A DNA stretch of 63,961 nucleotides, counting the filler, from Octopus bimaculoides (lineage: Eukaryota): assembly GCF_001194135.2 (NCBI RefSeq). It is 4 parts of 4 records of this genome, joined end to end, with 100 filler letters (N's around TTAATTAATTAA, not from the genome) between each part and the next. Parts side by side here need not be neighbours in the genome. Positions count along the whole stretch, not along the records: positions 26,678 to 51,086 come from NC_068984.1; positions 51,187 to 63,961 come from NC_068995.1; 2 more parts are not named here. One strand, 5' to 3'. The notes beneath the pieces are model-generated. The model did no database searches. It was not told the origin of the DNA and was given only the letters and a program-made list of their open reading frames with translations. Made by a program: the position numbers and the translations under genes. This document shows, piece by piece, positions 48,988 to 60,257 of this stretch (position 1 is its first letter; each line of letters starts with the position of its first letter).

Positions 48988-50099
48988 TCATAATGTTATT
49001 GTTTTTACACCTGTTTATTAAATTTACCTGCCCATAAAAGTCAAATTTATTCAGAAAGATCAGCTAAGATTACTTAACTATAAACCACTGGCTTATAAGC
49101 ACCCATTTACAAAATTAACAAAATTACAAGCAAATATTGTGGACATCCCACTTGAACCTGAATAAGTCAAAATTAATGGGAACGGATAGGCATTACATTT
49201 GACAAATTAATCTGAACACTAAAGGGTTAATGAAACAGCAAATGCTGATAACAGTGGAATAGAATTGAAAAATCTTAGAATTTTTGGTCAGCCAATCTGT
49301 GACAAAATTAGAGAAATAAGTAGCGATGTGACAAAATTGAGTAAATGAATAAGTGATGAGAGCAAATGCATGTGAAAGGAACTTCAGATTGTTTTTAAAA
49401 CATAACAGTGTGGAAGACAAAACTATGTTTAAACTATGTTTACATAAGTAATGAAATAGAATAATGGAAAGAACTAATAAGGGGATTATGATCTGCGCAG
49501 AGAGGTGTTAGATGTACGAAATTGAAGAAAAAAGATTTCTTATCTGAACATCTGGATTTGTATTCTTTTGTCGGAGTTATTTAAATGAAGAGCTAGTTTA
49601 TATAGGGTGGGGTGGTGGAGGAGGGGGAAGTGTTGGAGAAGCAAGTGGTTGTCGAAACAGAGACAGACAGAGAGAGAGGGACCAGGGTTTTAGGGTGATC
49701 AAGGATTAGCCTTCATAAAGTTCACCTTTAAAATGCCATGATGAGTCAGAGAACTTTCTCGCCAACCTCTAACAATCTCTCCCTCCCCCAGCTGTCAGCT
49801 TTCTGGACTTTTTTGCGACGGAAAATACACCTTTTGTGGCAGTTATAACGAAATTACTTTCTTATCAGAGTAATAAGGTGTTTCAATAGAACATCTTTAC
49901 CCCCGAGAATTACCGAGTGCACCAGCTAGTATATATATGTATATGTCATCAAATCCAGGGTATGACTTTAAACTGCATCAGTAGCGGAGCCCTGGTTTTA
50001 CAGTTCAAGGGTTTTGAGGAGTGTGGAACCATCTCTTAGTCACTATTGTTCCCAGATCTATTTTGTCCTGGCCCTGGGTTAATTAGCATATTAGTATTT

Positions 50100-50760
50100 A
50101 CCTGCATAAACAGAAGGCAATGGGTAAATTGTTGCCATTTTATATTTTGAATTTCAAGCATGCGCATTGTTCGTTTTTGATTTTGTCACCTACATAATAT
50201 AGTTGGGCACCGTCAGTGAGAAAAACAGCATCATGATGCAATTCACTCTGCCATAAATTTGGAGTGACATGCTGTACTGATTGGCATTCACACCAGAAGC
50301 TCCAAAAATCAAACATCCAGTCAAAATCATGCATGGTGTTTGGAGTGATCACTAATGATGGTGATGTTATGCCTCCATGCATCTTCTCACACAGCCTCAG
50401 ACTGAACATGGAGGCCTCCTGGAGGAGGTAGTGCTACCCTGGGTCAAGAGGGTGGTTGCTGGAAGACCCTATGTCTGGCAACAGGACTCTGCACCATGCC
50501 ATACAAGCAGGAGAAGCCAGTCATGGCAGTCACACAATTTCTGTGACTACATCACCCCTAACATCTGGCCACCTAACTCCACAGACTTGCAACCCCATTT
50601 ATTATTATGTGTGGGGCGCAGTTGAAAGAGAGACCAACAAAACCCCTTGTAAAACCAAAGATGAATTGAAGGTAAGGATTATGGCAGCAATCACCAACTT
50701 AAACAAGGAGACCATCCAGAGGATTTGCAGATTCCAAAGTTGTCTGGAGGCTGTAGTATA
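50100..50760 (+). pseudogene. Tc1/mariner maT-type (DD37D-like) transposase relic
   Basis: HPVKIMVFGVI..DGDVMPP, YVWQQDSAPCHTS, IWPPNS, YYVWGAVERETN. Confidence 0.8.
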
Positions 50761-50769
50761 TATATAAGT

Positions 50770-51086
50770 TTGTTTTCTGCACATTTTCAGTGTTTATTGC
50801 TCCTGAGCATCAGCCACATACAAAAAGTATCTTGCTAGTTAGCCTTCCTTTGATATTGCTGCACCTCTTATGTGTCCATAGCTTACACTGGGTACATCTT
50901 ATGGAGTTTCTACCTACACCTTTTGTACAGATCGAGCAGGGTCATCTACCTGAAGGGGTTTGTGTTTTGTCTACCTTCCTACTTATTAGGACTTTGGTTT
51001 TAGCTACGTTGACTCTAAGGCCCTTCGATTCTAGTCCCTGCTAGAGGAGCTTCCAGGGGCATCCTGTCTTGAATTCCTCTGTTATC
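50770..51086 (-). mobile_element. RTE LINE internal fragment, truncated at a gap
   Basis: Homologous to 42540-42890. Confidence 0.85.
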
Positions 51087-51186
51087 NNNNNNNNNNNNNN
51101 NNNNNNNNNNNNNNNNNNNNNNNNNNNNNNTTAATTAATTAANNNNNNNNNNNNNNNNNNNNNNNNNNNNNNNNNNNNNNNNNNNN
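51087..51186. other. Assembly join with TTAATTAATTAA linker
   Basis: 44 N + 12 + 44 N. Confidence 0.95.
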
Positions 51187-51187
51187 A

Positions 51188-51225
<38 letters not shown>

Positions 51226-51499
51226 GCTCACACACACCTATACATCTGTATGCAAGCACAAAAAACACGTGCATATGCACATACACACATATGTTGGGCT
51301 TCTATAGAGCTTCCTTCTACTGAATACCAATCACAAGCATCAGTCAGCCCAAGGCTGCAGTGAAAGACACATACCCAAAATGCCATATCATAGAATCAAA
51401 GCTGGAATTCATAAATTGATCGAGTGTTCTTTTAACCCTGAGAAAGATTGTTCAGTTGTCAAAAGTTTGGTTATGTTTTCGTTAATACTACCAACCATT

Positions 51500-52220
51500 A
51501 AGGCAGCAAGCAGGCAGAATCATTAGCACACCAGGCAAAATGCTTAGCAGTATTTCATTGTCTTTACATTCTGAGTTCAAATTCTACTGAGGTTGACTTT
51601 ACCTTTTATCCTTTTGGTGTTGATAAAATAAGTAGCAGTTGAGCACTGGGGTCAATGTAACAGATTTACCCCAACCCTCGAACTTGCTGGCTTTGTGCCA
51701 GAATTTGAAACCAAGTACTCGTTACATATACAATATTTTTGCATGCATTAATGAACTGTTTCCTGCAATATATATTTACTAGTCAAGTAGATTCAGACTT
51801 CATATTTGCGTAAGCAACAGGTTACACATTTATCTACATCTCTGATTCCATAATACTTTATCTTTTACTTGTTTCAGTTGTAAGACTGCAGGCACCACCT
51901 TGAAGGATTTTTAGTTGAGTGCATCGACCCCAGTACCTTTCTTTTTTTAAGCCTAATACTTATTCTATCGGTCCTTTTTGCCAAACTGCTATGTTATAGG
52001 GACATAAACATACTAATACTGGCTGTCAAGCAATGGTAGGGGATGAACATGTACAGAAAGACACACACACATACATTTATATATACACATATGACTGGCT
52101 TCTTTCAGTTTTCATCTACCAAGTCCACTCATAAGGCTTTGGTCAGTCTGAGGCTGAGACTGAACCCAGAACCATGTGGTTGTGAAGTAAGCTTCTTACC
52201 ACATAGCTACAACTGCACCT
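51500..52220. mobile_element. SINE family B (+, about 51500-51715) and SINE family A (-, about 51860-52220)
   Basis: Matches to other copies in the window. Confidence 0.75.
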
Positions 52221-52828
52221 AATCATGTATGTCTCTGAATTCATATTTTTCTGTCCCAAGCTTCATTCTTATATAAAGTCTCAAACTCCAGGCTGTTGTA
52301 TTAAATAGTAAAAATTTGAACTCCATGATGGTAAATGTTAGAATCAGCCATTCCATAAAAGTATTTATAGGGGTTCATGATGTAAGAATTGACCATTGTT
52401 AGGCCAGAATTGGCAGAGTGATGGACAAAATGTCTCATGGTAGTTCAATGTGTACACTGAGTTTAAATCCCATAAATATTGACTTTGCTTTTCTTCATAG
52501 TGAACCAAGAAATACTAACTGAATTACACCTATAAAGAGAACCGAGCAATATCTATCTGTCTGTATCTATCTATCTGTCTATCAATCTATCTATCTATTT
52601 GTCTGTCTGGAGTTGCTGTGGGTAAAAGAATATACAGGAGGGTTAGTTAATTGTGATTTTGTTCAACTATTCCCCTCTCAAACTCACACACTTATTGCAG
52701 CAGTCCTTCAGTTTTTTTAAGCCTTGTAAAAGTACTCAGAAGGTTGGGCCCCCAACTAGGCTTTTCACAATACCCTTAAAGCCAGGAACTTTTCAGCATC
52801 CCCTAGTGTACATACATACATACATATA

Positions 52829-54093
52829 TTGGGTCATCCCATAAATAATGCATTTTTTTTACACTTTTATTTTTCAAAATTAAGATAAAGTTCTTTTTTA
52901 TTTTAAAATATACTCTCCTTCATTTTCTACAATGCTCTTCCATCTGTCTGGGAGACTTGCAAAGCCCCTCTTCCAAAATTCACTTCACCGTGATGAAAAA
53001 TACTCCTCCAGTACTGTTCTGACCTCGTCTACAGAATTCATTTTTTTCCCCGTCCTAACGATTTTGAAAACTGCAGAATAAATGTTAATTAGATGGGGCA
53101 ATGTCCAGCGAATATGATGGATAGGACATCATTTCCCATTCAAACTGCTCCAGCCTTTGGAATGTCATCCTAACTGTATGTGGCCAAGCATTATCCTGAT
53201 GGAAGAACACCTTTCATCTTGAAAGCAAAGATGGTCGTTGTTCTTCTAGCACTGGCTTAAGCTGCTCAAGCTGCTTGCAGTTGATCTCCTTTGTTATCAT
53301 TTGGTTTGTGTTTGAAAGTTCAAAGTAGACTAATCCTTTCATATCCCACCAAGCACCTTATGAAGGTGAAGACCTTTAGCCTGGGGTGCTGGTGTTTCTC
53401 CTTTCCCTACCCACTGTCTTCAGCACTTGACATTTTTATAGAGAACCCATGTTTTGTCACCAGTCACTATTTGGTCCAAACAAGGTTCATTTGTGAGACG
53501 TGACAGCAAAGAAGAGCACACATTAACTCTCTGTGCACGGTTAGACTTGGAAAATTTGTGAGGAACCCATTGACCTAATTTGCTGGCTTTCCTGATGGCA
53601 TACAGGTGTCGATGAATGGTTGAATGACCAAGTCCAAGCTTCTATCCTAGTTCCTCAAGAGTTACAATGGGATTTTGTTCCACCATGGTTTGCAAAACAT
53701 ACTCATCAAGCTCTATAGATCTTCCAGGACTAGGCTTGTCTTCTAGGCTGTAGTTTCCAGCTCGGAATTTCTGGAACCACCATTGACACTGGTTTATATT
53801 TATTGTCCGATCCTCATATACTGCATTAATATTCCCCACACTTTCTGTTGCGTTGGTACCTTTATTGAACTCATAAAGCAATATATGTTGAAAATGCTCC
53901 TTTGTCACTTTCATTATAGCTTTGAAAAAATTACTGTTAAAATCGAACTGCACTCTTCAAAACTTGCACTAAGTATAAGTAGAAGGTAAAATTTTTACCT
54001 TCTTTTATAGCAAGTTGATGCAGGTAGTTTATCCTATCCTCCTTTGACTTTTAGTTCATGCAATTGAAAATACCGCATTATTTATGGGATGAC

Positions 54094-54097
<4 letters not shown>
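52829..54097 (-). mobile_element. Full-length mariner element (1269 bp), transposase decayed
   Basis: TA|TTGGGTCATCCCATAAATAATGC TIRs (23 bp perfect). Reverse ORF MKVTKEHFQHILLYEF..G...WFQKFRAGNYSLED..SPGR. Confidence 0.95.
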
Positions 54098-54160
<63 letters not shown>

Positions 54161-54699
54161 ATTTATGTATGTATAGATACACACACATTTATATATAACC
54201 ATATATAATCTGTTATCTTGAATTCTGAAATCCAAAAATTCTTCCAAATCTTGTTTTTATTTTTTTGAAAAAACACCACAAACAGAAAATTCCAGAAAGC
54301 ACTTAGTAGGATCCTTAGAAATGTATATCTGTTGCAAGCCATGCATTGAGGCGTCAGCTATTGAGAATATGTGTAAGTAGACAAATGTCAATATGACATA
54401 AAATAACCTACTTGGTGTTTGTATAAGCCATATTGTGAAATTTAAACAGAAAACCTATATGGGCTGTTATCTCATCATTAAGTTGTCTCATTTTATAGAT
54501 AGACACAATAATTTCTAAATCTAAAATCTAAGACACTTTCTATAACAAAGATTATCAAATCTCAGTGTTTGAATATTTCATTTAAATATTTTTACGCACC
54601 ATGTGTTCTGATTTTGGCGCAAAACAAAACCAGTTGCACAGTCAGAGACTAACGTGAACAATCATGAATTTAAACTGGTGGTCCACACTGACGAAGCTC

Positions 54700-55007
54700 A
54701 AGGTTGGAGAGGGTGAAGATCATCTTGAACAAAGTGATACTTAATCCTGGAGTGATATTTTACACAGATTAGAAGAATTTCATCCAAGATATGCACACAA
54801 ACAGACATATTCTGGCTTCACCTGCTCATGTGAGAAGTCAAAAATCTCATTTCCAGGTGCAAAAACCTTGCCATGGTGATGATTTTCGACTGTGTGGCCT
54901 GTGATGGCAAGGAGATGCCATTGATCATCTTTAATTCCATTACCTTTAAGCATTCTTGAGATAAAAAAGGTTCAAAGTTGAATCGAAAATTTGGGCACTT
55001 TTGCTGA
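54700..55007 (+). mobile_element. Tc1/mariner (maT-like) deletion derivative, left arm of an inverted pair
   Basis: Reverse complement of 56464-56771 with two mismatches seen; encodes RLERVKIILNK..VIFYTD*KNF and VMIFDCVACDGKEMPLIIF. Confidence 0.85.
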
Positions 55008-55483
55008 NNNNNNNNNNNNNNNNNNNNNNNNNNNNNNNNNNNNNNNNNNNNNNNNNNNNNNNNNNNNNNNNNNNNNNNNNNNNNNNNNNNNNNNNNNNNN
55101 NNNNNNNNNNNNNNNNNNNNNNNNNNNNNNNNNNNNNNNNNNNNNNNNNNNNNNNNNNNNNNNNNNNNNNNNNNNNNNNNNNNNNNNNNNNNNNNNNNNN
55201 NNNNNNNNNNNNNNNNNNNNNNNNNNNNNNNNNNNNNNNNNNNNNNNNNNNNNNNNNNNNNNNNNNNNNNNNNNNNNNNNNNNNNNNNNNNNNNNNNNNN
55301 NNNNNNNNNNNNNNNNNNNNNNNNNNNNNNNNNNNNNNNNNNNNNNNNNNNNNNNNNNNNNNNNNNNNNNNNNNNNNNNNNNNNNNNNNNNNNNNNNNNN
55401 NNNNNNNNNNNNNNNNNNNNNNNNNNNNNNNNNNNNNNNNNNNNNNNNNNNNNNNNNNNNNNNNNNNNNNNNNNNNNNNNNNN

Positions 55484-55527
<44 letters not shown>

Positions 55528-55745
55528 TCATCATCATAATCATCATCCTCATCCTCATTTAACGTCCGTTTTCCATGCTGGCATAATTCTTATACAGAAA
55601 TGATGACAGTGGCTTCAAAGTTATTGACAACAACATTCTTGTATATGAATAATAAATTTGTACTCTACAAAAGTATAGAGTAACCAATCAGATTAATGTC
55701 AAACTGATTTTATTATAACTGAGCATAAAAACAAACCTATGTTTG

Positions 55746-55782
<37 letters not shown>

Positions 55783-55829
55783 ATATATATTGTTTAATGT
55801 ACACAGTATATAGTTTTTAGCTGGTAATA

Positions 55830-56328
55830 CATTGGAGGCGTTTTCAAGGCAGGATTTTATAACATGCTTAGTGTCTCCAAGTGATCTTCAGGCTCCTAGC
55901 ATAGACCTATACAAGTTACAAAGTTACAGGACGGTAGAACAAGAGAAATCATGAGAAAAAACGGGAGGAAGGTAGAATGCTAAAAATGGAGTGGTGGAAG
56001 AAAAGGTAAAAAAAATAAAAAATTCGAGTTATGTCCCCTTCAAAGCTAGTTGATGTGGAATCAACAAAGGGGTCTAAAGTCTGTGCTCAATCTAGAGAGG
56101 GTAGAGTTCTCCAGTTCACCAAAAGAAACTTCTCCATATGTCTGCATATTGTTCCTTTTTTCCCCTTCTTTGTCCATTTCATTTACCTTCCCCCTTTTTT
56201 TCCTCATGATTTCTCTTGTTCTATTCTCCTTTTTTTTGTAACTTGTATGGGCCATGTGCTCAGAGCCAGGAGACTGCTTGGAGACACCAGGCATGTTATT
56301 AAACCCTGCCTGGAAAACATCTCCGATG
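55830..56328. mobile_element. 499-bp foldback MITE with about 180-bp imperfect TIRs and TA flanks
   Basis: TA|cattggagg..gtgtctccaag..atacaagttaca..tagaacaagagaaatcatgag is mirrored at 56150-56328|TA. Confidence 0.75.
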
Positions 56329-56454
56329 TATAAAACTAACAGCAGCTCATAACTATATACTATGTACATTAAACAACACTTATCTCTCGCTAGATGGAGT
56401 ACTATTTTCATTGATGTTACCTTAACGTAAAAGCAAACTACACATATATATATA

Positions 56455-56900
56455 CCAGGTGTATCAGCAAAAGTACCCAAATTTTCGATTCAACTTTGAA
56501 CCTTTTTTATCTCAAGAATGCTTAAAGGTAATGGAATTAAAGATGATCAATGGCATCTCCTTGCCATCACAGGCCACACAGTCGAAAATCATCACCATGG
56601 CAAGGTTTTTGCACCTGGAAATGAGATTTATGACTTCTCACATGAGCAGGTGAAGCCAGAATATGTCTGTTTGTGTGCATATCTTGGATGAAATTCTTCT
56701 AATCTGTGTAAAATATCACTCCAGGATTAAGTATCACTTTGTTCAAGATGATCTTCACCCTCTCCAACCTTCTAACTTTTTGTCTTGGAGTAACAAGGTG
56801 CCTCACAGGTCTCAGTACGATTTCATTTTCAAACCTTCTGTCACTATTGGTACTTTCATAGCTGAAACTTTTCCCATATGTGTCAAACATCTTATGGATT
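56455..56900 (-). mobile_element. Tc1/mariner (maT-like) deletion derivative with a TIR-like end, right arm of the inverted pair
   Basis: TA|ccaggtgtatcagcaaaagtaccc terminus; reverse ORF RPVRHLVTPRQKVRRLERVKIILNK. Confidence 0.8.
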
Positions 56901-57059
56901 GAGTTGGGTCTCTTCAGTTGAGAATCAGTTGAGAATCTTCAGTTGTAAAATAATTTTGATTAAAGAATTTAATTTCCTGCGAACATCTCAAAGTTCTGTA
57001 TCTCTGCTCTCTTGAATGACATCGGGAATGAGAGAGATATGTCATTATTTATGGATGGA

Positions 57060-57285
57060 AGAAGGTAGCGAGCTGGCAGAATCATCAACAAGCCAGGCAA
57101 ATGCTTTGTTGTATTTTGTCTGTTTTTACATTCTGAGTTTAAATTCCACCAAGGTTGACTTTGCCTTTCATCCTTTTGGAGTTGATAAAATAAATATCAG
57201 TTGAGCACTGGGGTCAATGTAATTGACTTATCCCCTCCCTTGAAATTTCTGGCCTTGTGCCAAAATTTGAAATTATTATTTATAT
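57060..57285 (+). mobile_element. SINE family B
   Basis: gcgagctggcagaatc head and an aattattatt tail. Confidence 0.85.
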
Positions 57286-57294
57286 ATGGAAGAT

Positions 57295-57545
57295 CCTAGA
57301 AAGTCATGTTCCAAACTTCAGCATTAAAGAAATCTTTACTGCATGAACTGATAGATAATACAAGAGTCCATATACATCACCTTCAAAATCATAAGCAAAG
57401 ACACTCTATTAAAATAATATGATATTTAGAGACATTCAAGTGTTCAACTGCCAACCTAAAGAAATCAGAAACAGAAAAAGGAACCACTATTAATATTCAA
57501 GAAAACATTTGATAAACTACTAACCAAAATATCAGACTAGACAAC
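57295..57545 (+). mobile_element. CR1/L2-group LINE 3' fragment, old
   Basis: ILESHVPNFSIK ... VFNCQPKEIRN ... FKKTFDKLLTKISD; same type as 17700. Confidence 0.55.
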
Positions 57546-57699
57546 TATACAAGGTTAAACTGAAGAGTGAGAGTGTGGGTCTGTGAGCATATGTACTTTA
57601 GGTTGTGTTACCTGAATGTAAATATGTGTCTATATGGATAGGTACATTGTTGCATGTGCATTAAATTGTTTGTTCTTTCTTTTACAGTTTTCATTTATG

Positions 57700-58325
57700 T
57701 GTGGGGAAAAAATTGAAATTAGACCCATTTTATGCTAGCTGTATAAAAATGGACTGAATGCAAGGTAGCAGGTTGTGTGTTTGGTGGAATTTCAAGTAGG
57801 GTGTTGTATTTTGAGCTTGTCCCAGATGGTCATGCTGTGGACGCTAACCTTTATTCTCACCAAGTACAATGAGTATATGATGCTTTGAAAGCCCACTACT
57901 TGGCATTGGTCAATTGAAGACACATACTCTTATGGTATGATAATGCCCCAGTACACATGGCCAATGTGACTAAGTGTAAATTTGAGGAACTTTAGTGGCT
58001 TTAGAAGTGTTGCCCCACCTTGCCTACAGTCCAGATGTTGCACCATCAGATTATCACCTTTACCAGACCAGAGCTCATTTTCCTCACAAACAAATGTTCA
58101 ACAATATGGATGAGGTTAAAAACAGGTGTATGTAGTTTTTTGCCTCTAAACCAGCCAAATAATACAAGCATGCAATTGAGCTTTTGGCACAACAATGGCA
58201 ACAGACAATAGGACATGACGGGATACATTTTACATCTTAATAAATAAACGTTTTTTGTATGTAATTTGTTTGCACTATTAACTAAAGCTTGAAATATAAA
58301 AAAATCTTTTGCTTCAACCTGGTGT
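57700..58325 (+). pseudogene. mariner transposase, 3' half
   Basis: LEVLPHLAYSPDVAPSDYHL (YSPDLAP motif), FFASK, AIELLAQQWQQ; a DNA-P-H-like second aspartate upstream. Confidence 0.85.
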
Positions 58326-58639
58326 ATGTATGTATACATATGCTTTTCATGTATGAATATGTTTGTGTGTCTGCTATGTTCATTTATGTCTATTTATATA
58401 AATATATTTGAATGTGTAGCTAGGTATTTATTCCCTTATTTATATCTTTCCCTCACTCTCTCTCTATATATAAACATCTGAATTGGCAAGTATGTGTGTG
58501 TGTGCACACATGCATGTGGGTGTATGTACAAGTCTCTATGTATATACATTTATGTATATTATGAATATGTGCATATCTCATTGTGTATGTGTGTGTGTAT
58601 GAATATTTAAATGGGCATATTTATGCATATATGTATGTT

Positions 58640-59475
58640 TACTCTTTACTCTTTTACTCATTTGACTGCAGCCATGCTGGAGCACTGCCTTTAGTTGAGC
58701 AAATCGACCCCAGGACTTATTCTTTGTAAGCCTAGTACTTATTCTATCACTCTCTTATGCTGAACTGCTAAGTTACGGGGACGTAAACACACCAACATCG
58801 GTTGTCAAGTGATGTTGGAGAGACAAACACAGAGACACAAACATATACACACACATACATATACATATATACGACGGGATTCTTTCAGTTTCTGTCTACC
58901 AAATCCACTCACAAGGCTTTGAGCAGCCCAAGGCTATAGTAGAAGACACTTGCCCAAGGTGCCACGCAGTGGGACTGAACTCGGAACCATGTGGTTGGTA
59001 AGCAAGCTACTTACCACACAGCCACTCCTGCGCCTATATGTGTATATCCTTTTATTCTTTTACTCATTTCAGTCATTTGACTGCGGCCATGCTAGAACAC
59101 CGCCTTTTAGTTGAAGAAATCAACCCCTGGATATATTCTTTGTAAGTCTAGTACTTATTCCATCAGTCGATTTTGCCAAACTGCTAAGTTATGGGGACAT
59201 AAACACACCAACATTGGTTGTCAAGTGATGGTGGGGGAACAAACGTGGACACAAACACACAAATATATACATACACACACACACACACCTGTATATATAC
59301 ATATATACATATACGACGGGCTTCTTTCAGTTTCCGTCTACCAAATCCACTCACGAGGGTTTGATTGACCTGAGGCTATAGTAGAACACGCTTGCCCAAG
59401 GCGCCATGCAGTGGAACTGAACCTGGAACCATGTAGCCGGGAAACAAGCTTCTTACCATACAATCACTCCTGTGC
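58640..59475 (-). mobile_element. Two tandem SINE family A copies
   Basis: Tail-to-head direct repeat: about 58640-59035 and about 59045-59475. Confidence 0.9.
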
Positions 59476-59867
59476 CATATATATGATAGCTTTTTTCAGT
59501 TTCTGTTATCCAAATCCACTCACAAGGCTTTGGTTGGCCCAAGTAGAAGTGGGACTATCATTGGAAATGTTACATTCCAAGAAGAGTCCATGCTTTCAAT
59601 GAAGATGATCCAGATCTAAGAGTGGAGTTTTGCTAGAGGTACTTGACAAGACGTGGAGAACAAGTACACTTTACTGACAAAGATTGTTTTGAATGATGAG
59701 GCTACATTGAAATTAAATGAATCGATTAACTGCCACAATTGCACCCTCTGGAAACCTGATAATCTGCATATCATGGAGGAAGATCATGCTAATTTACCAG
59801 AAGTTATAGTGTAGTGTGTCTTATCAAAAGGATTAATTGAACCATTCTTTTTTGAGGCCCAAAATAA

Positions 59868-60158
59868 GAGGTGCTTTGCTGTACTTAAGAAGATCTGCCC
59901 ACCACAACAGAATTGAGATCCTAAAACCAAGGGGCCATGTAAAAAGCATTGGTGTGGGTTCCACATAAAAAGCACCGGTGTTGGTGCCTCATAAAAAACA
60001 CCCAGTAGATTTTGTAAGGGGATTAGCATTAGGGATCATGTCAATACAGACCATGGAATCTGGTGCAGCCCCTAGCCTTTCCAGTTCCTGTCAAGCTGTC
60101 CTACCCATGCCAGCATGGAAAATAGATGATGATGATGAGGATAATGATGATGATGACT
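59868..60158 (+). mobile_element. RTE LINE 3'UTR fragment with (GAT)n tail
   Basis: ccatgccagcatggaaaatagatgatgatgat tail. Confidence 0.75.
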
Positions 60159-60257
60159 GGTACTATTTCTTCAAACTTGCTGCAACAATCTTTCATGCCA
60201 TGTATTCAAAAGTTATGTGAAGGTGTAGAATTTTCTTTCCAGCTGGACAGGGCTCAC

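Larger units (their letters stand above)
46239..49226 (+). mobile_element. Complete but decayed piggyBac transposon
   Basis: TTAA|CCCTTTAGTGTTCAAAT ... ATCTGAACACTAAAGGG|TTAA; empty paralogous site at 45411-45414. Confidence 0.95.
45060..49929 (+). mobile_element. Host element of three tandem subrepeats with a Helitron-like 3' end, split by later insertions
   Basis: Subrepeat anchor gagttatt.aaatgaa at about 45234, 46046 and 49574. Ends in a decayed hairpin plus ccagCTAG|T at 49926-49930. 5' end not defined. Confidence 0.55.

Noticed and set aside
39746-49929. Repeat-spacer patterns as a CRISPR-like array
   Set aside because: Units are hundreds of bp long, diverged and transposon-derived; the context is eukaryotic and there are no cas genes.
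46473-54097. Domesticated or active transposase (PGBD-like or SETMAR-like)
   Set aside because: Both the piggyBac and mariner frames carry multiple stops and frameshifts and retain TIRs, so they are decayed insertions.
3347-59475. SINE heads as tRNA genes
   Set aside because: A/B-box-like heads run into SINE bodies and lack a complete cloverleaf.
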